Of a DNA stretch of 6,298 nucleotides, positions 4,205-6,298 are shown piece after piece. The DNA lies in the IMG/VR virus record IMGVR_UViG_3300011982_000014, positions 1 to 6,298 of that record; one strand, given 5' to 3'. The notes below the pieces were generated by a model. That model was not told where the DNA came from. It made no database searches and saw only the letters and a program-made list of their open reading frames with translations. The translations under genes and the position numbers were made by a program. Numbering within the stretch: position 1 is the stretch's first letter; the number at the start of each line of letters is the position of its first letter. The DNA comes from a virus.

Positions 4205-5851
4205 TTACAACTTAGGAAGACCATCAACACTCATATCACTGACCTTAACAATGTTGAAATAACAACCACCATAAGAACAATCAGTATTCTGTTTGCCATC
4301 ATATCTAGCAGGAAATATAAACTCAAACCACTCAGGATTAATCTTCAATGAAGACAAATCAAAACGCTCAATATAATCACGCTGACGAGCACGGGAAACA
4401 GTGAAATACTCAAATGCACGACCACCAGCAAACTCACCATGGTTAATATCCAAAGCAGTCTTATACTCACTATAACGAGGCTGCCAACCAAGCACACTAG
4501 GAGGAACAGTATTAGACTGAGTAGAAATGGAAACACTATCCAAAGGCTGCATACCAAGGTTTTCAAACTCAGGCACAAAGAAATCACCACGAGTCTGCTT
4601 ACGGACAAACGGGTCAACACGGGTATAATCATAATACATATCAGGAACAATCGAATAAATACACATCAAAACACCATGTTCCTTAGCATCATAAACAACA
4701 CGACCGTTACCACTACCGACACCTTTTCCAACAACCTTACCAAGATAACCAACACCACTCTCACCAATAGTATCATTATCAGTCATTCCGGTACCACTAA
4801 CTTGGGTCACATCAGAAACTTGGAAATTGGAATCAAAACCACCAATATAACTAACACGATGGTCACGACCCTCGGGAACACTAACACCAAAATGCGCAGC
4901 CATCTGCTCCGCATAAGTCTTACCTGCACGCATGGTAACATCCAAAAGCTTATCCAATGCAAAAGCATTACGAATGGAAGCAACTCCAACCGATGAAACC
5001 GACTTATCCTTATCAGACCAACCATAAGCATTAACAGTGGAATTACCGGAGACAACGGGAAAAGAACCCGTAAAGAACTGACCAGGAACATTATCCAAAT
5101 TAAACAAAGGAGTAGGACGGACATTAGTCATGAAATCCAAACCAACATTACGATAACGAAGCTGCAAAAAATTAACAAAATCACGGGCATCAACATTACC
5201 AACAACACCGTCAATATTCCAATTGGAAACATCACCAGCTTCATAAGTATTATTACGATAAAAGTCATAATAAATCTTCTGATAAGCCAAAGCACGGAAA
5301 GGTGTCACCTTAATATTACCAAGCATCTGGTCAACAACTTGCTTACCCGCAGATTTCAAAGAAATGTCACCATAACCAAGCAAATCAAACATGCGCGCAA
5401 AATTCTCCTTAACGGGAAAACCAAAAATATCCTTATCACGAACAGCCATCTTTTTAGGATCAGAATTATAAGAATCCCATTCCTGAGCAATGTCAACCAA
5501 CCTGCAAGACGGAACACCGGCAGGAGACTTAGAATACTTAGAAGAAAGCAAAGAAGAATTAAAATCTTTCATGCCAGTAACCAACTGGTCAAAAGGATGC
5601 CAAAGCTGAGCATAAGGCACAAAAAAGAACTCATAAACACCACGCATGGAAACAAATGCAGCAGTAGTCATTTGCTGCAAACGCATGAAATCACTAGCGT
5701 TAATCTCCACATGGTCATGGGGCATCAAATCCAAAGAAAGAATTGGCAACAACATGCCTGCATGGGCCGTAAACATGTGACGCTGGGACAAATCAAAAGC
5801 ATTGCGCGGACGCGTAGAACGCGGAACACTAATTTTGGGTACTCTATCCAT
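4205..5851 (-). CDS. VP1: Major capsid protein VP1 (F-like jelly-roll capsid protein), 548 aa.
   Basis: The N-terminus PRSTRPRNAFDLSQRHMFTAHAGMLLPILSLDLMPHDHVEINASDFMR matches the conserved Microviridae capsid signature (RN.FDLS....T...G.L.P). At 548 aa it is typical of the family and is the largest uninterrupted ORF in the track. Confidence 0.95.
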   Translation of the reverse strand: MDRVPKISVPRSTRPRNAFDLSQRHMFTAHAGMLLPILSLDLMPHDHVEINASDFMRLQQMTTAAFVSMRGVYEFFFVPYAQLWHPFDQLVTGMKDFNSSLLSSKYSKSPAGVPSCRLVDIAQEWDSYNSDPKKMAVRDKDIFGFPVKENFARMFDLLGYGDISLKSAGKQVVDQMLGNIKVTPFRALAYQKIYYDFYRNNTYEAGDVSNWNIDGVVGNVDARDFVNFLQLRYRNVGLDFMTNVRPTPLFNLDNVPGQFFTGSFPVVSGNSTVNAYGWSDKDKSVSSVGVASIRNAFALDKLLDVTMRAGKTYAEQMAAHFGVSVPEGRDHRVSYIGGFDSNFQVSDVTQVSGTGMTDNDTIGESGVGYLGKVVGKGVGSGNGRVVYDAKEHGVLMCIYSIVPDMYYDYTRVDPFVRKQTRGDFFVPEFENLGMQPLDSVSISTQSNTVPPSVLGWQPRYSEYKTALDINHGEFAGGRAFEYFTVSRARQRDYIERFDLSSLKINPEWFEFIFPARYDGKQNTDCSYGGCYFNIVKVSDMSVDGLPKL

Positions 5852-5890
5852 AATTTAAACAAATAAAAATATTAAACAATTAAACAATAA

Positions 5891-6298
5891 CTAATAAATT
5901 CTACGATAACCGTTTACCTCCTCGTTATTCAACTTCTTGCGCTTGTTCTTATCTGCAAACTTCTGTCGCTGAACGGCTCGCCAATATCCATAAGAAACAA
6001 AAGAACTCTCACGGCAGGAATCAACATAACGCCGATTCAAATAACGGCCACAATAAAAATTGGAAACCTTATCAATACTCCGAATCAAACGGAAATTCTT
6101 GGAATCCAAACCTTTAACAGTAGGCAACTCATTAGGCAAATCTTCAAAAAAGAAAGGATAAGCACAAAAAACGGACTTCAAACCATGGACTTCTATCCAA
6201 CGGTCTTGCAATTCATAAAACGACTTCAATTTAAGTTGCTGCTTCAAATACAACAACTTATCAAACAACATCAAATAAGCATGAAGATTGGAAGTACC
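5891..6298 (-). CDS. VP4: Replication initiator protein VP4, C-terminal part. The unique portion is 5891-6221; 6222-6298 duplicates 1-77. This is the same gene as 1..1337.
   Basis: The frame at base 1 leaves 2 nt (TC) that join base 6221 to give TCG, then TTT TAT GAA. This reads ...LKLKSFYELQDRW, exactly the track ORF 5891..6274. Stop TAG is at 5893-5891. Total length is 1337+331 = 1668 nt = 555 aa plus stop. The apparent start of the 127-aa track ORF is an internal TTG. Confidence 0.92.
   Translation of the reverse strand, partial: GTSNLHAYLMLFDKLLYLKQQLKLKSFYELQDRWIEVHGLKSVFCAYPFFFEDLPNELPTVKGLDSKNFRLIRSIDKVSNFYCGRYLNRRYVDSCRESSFVSYGYWRAVQRQKFADKNKRKKLNNEEVNGYRRIY
6222..6298. repeat. Second copy of the 77-nt terminal redundancy (duplicate of 1-77).
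   Basis: Exact identity to 1-77. A 77-nt overlap is also what a k=77 de Bruijn assembler leaves on circular contigs (inference). Confidence 0.95.

Noticed and set aside
4345-5124. Hydrophobic +1-frame ORFs inside VP1 (4345..4650, TTG start; 4807..5124, ATG start). Similar ORFs lie inside VP2 (2438..2707, 3176..3367).
   Set aside because: Third codon positions of the real genes are T-rich, so the +1 frame has T at position 2. That yields Leu/Phe/Ile/Val/Met-rich, stop-poor ORFs automatically. Hydrophobicity is therefore not evidence of coding.
15-5866. Plus-strand ORFs antisense to the core genes (15..257, 332..523, 792..1040, 2538..2846, 2707..2931, 2892..3383, 3553..3741, 4439..4996, 5339..5866).
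   Set aside because: All are antisense to strongly supported genes. Their translations are compositionally skewed (T/N/I/R/K-rich), reflecting the A-rich strand. Microviridae are transcribed from one strand.
5891-6274. 127-aa ORF presented as a separate gene.
   Set aside because: It is the C-terminus of the 555-aa Rep. Its start is an internal TTG, and the frame continues upstream without a stop through the circular junction.
1-6298. Looked for tRNA-like cloverleaves, CRISPR repeat-spacer periodicity, transposase or integrase genes, and terminal inverted repeats.
   Set aside because: None was found. The only repeats are the 77-nt circular overlap, the 65-bp direct repeat and the alternating dinucleotide tract. 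There is no att-like or integrase evidence that this is a prophage fragment.

Overview
The window is one complete, circularly permuted genome of a small ssDNA phage of the family Microviridae. The gene set looks gokushovirus/alpavirus-like rather than phiX174-like. The sequence is shown as the complement of the coding strand, so every credible gene is on the minus strand, and that strand is T-rich, especially at codon position 3. Bases 1-77 recur exactly at 6222-6298, so the unit circle is 6221 nt.

Core genes:
- Rolling-circle replication initiator VP4, 555 aa. It crosses the junction (1337->1, then 6221->5891), so the ORF track shows only its last 127 codons.
- Major capsid protein VP1 (5851->4205).
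- An acidic 148-aa scaffold-like protein (4189->3743).
- DNA pilot/minor capsid protein VP2 (3692->2442).

The remaining ~1.1 kb (1338-2441) is the unusual part. On the coding strand it contains:
- A 59-aa Cys/aromatic-rich ORF with an embedded 32-aa transmembrane ORF.
- A 470-nt gene-free gap, large for this family. The gap holds a CpG-rich island, nested stem-loops and a 78-nt alternating purine-pyrimidine (CG/CA/TA) tract.
- A perfect 65-bp direct repeat. Each copy carries the start of a tiny hydrophobic ORF and a motif resembling the phiX174 viral-strand origin nick site.
- A third tiny transmembrane ORF, directly upstream of the replication gene.

No tRNA, rRNA, CRISPR array, transposase or integrase was seen. 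All functional calls rest on hand translation and remembered family motifs; no database search was possible.
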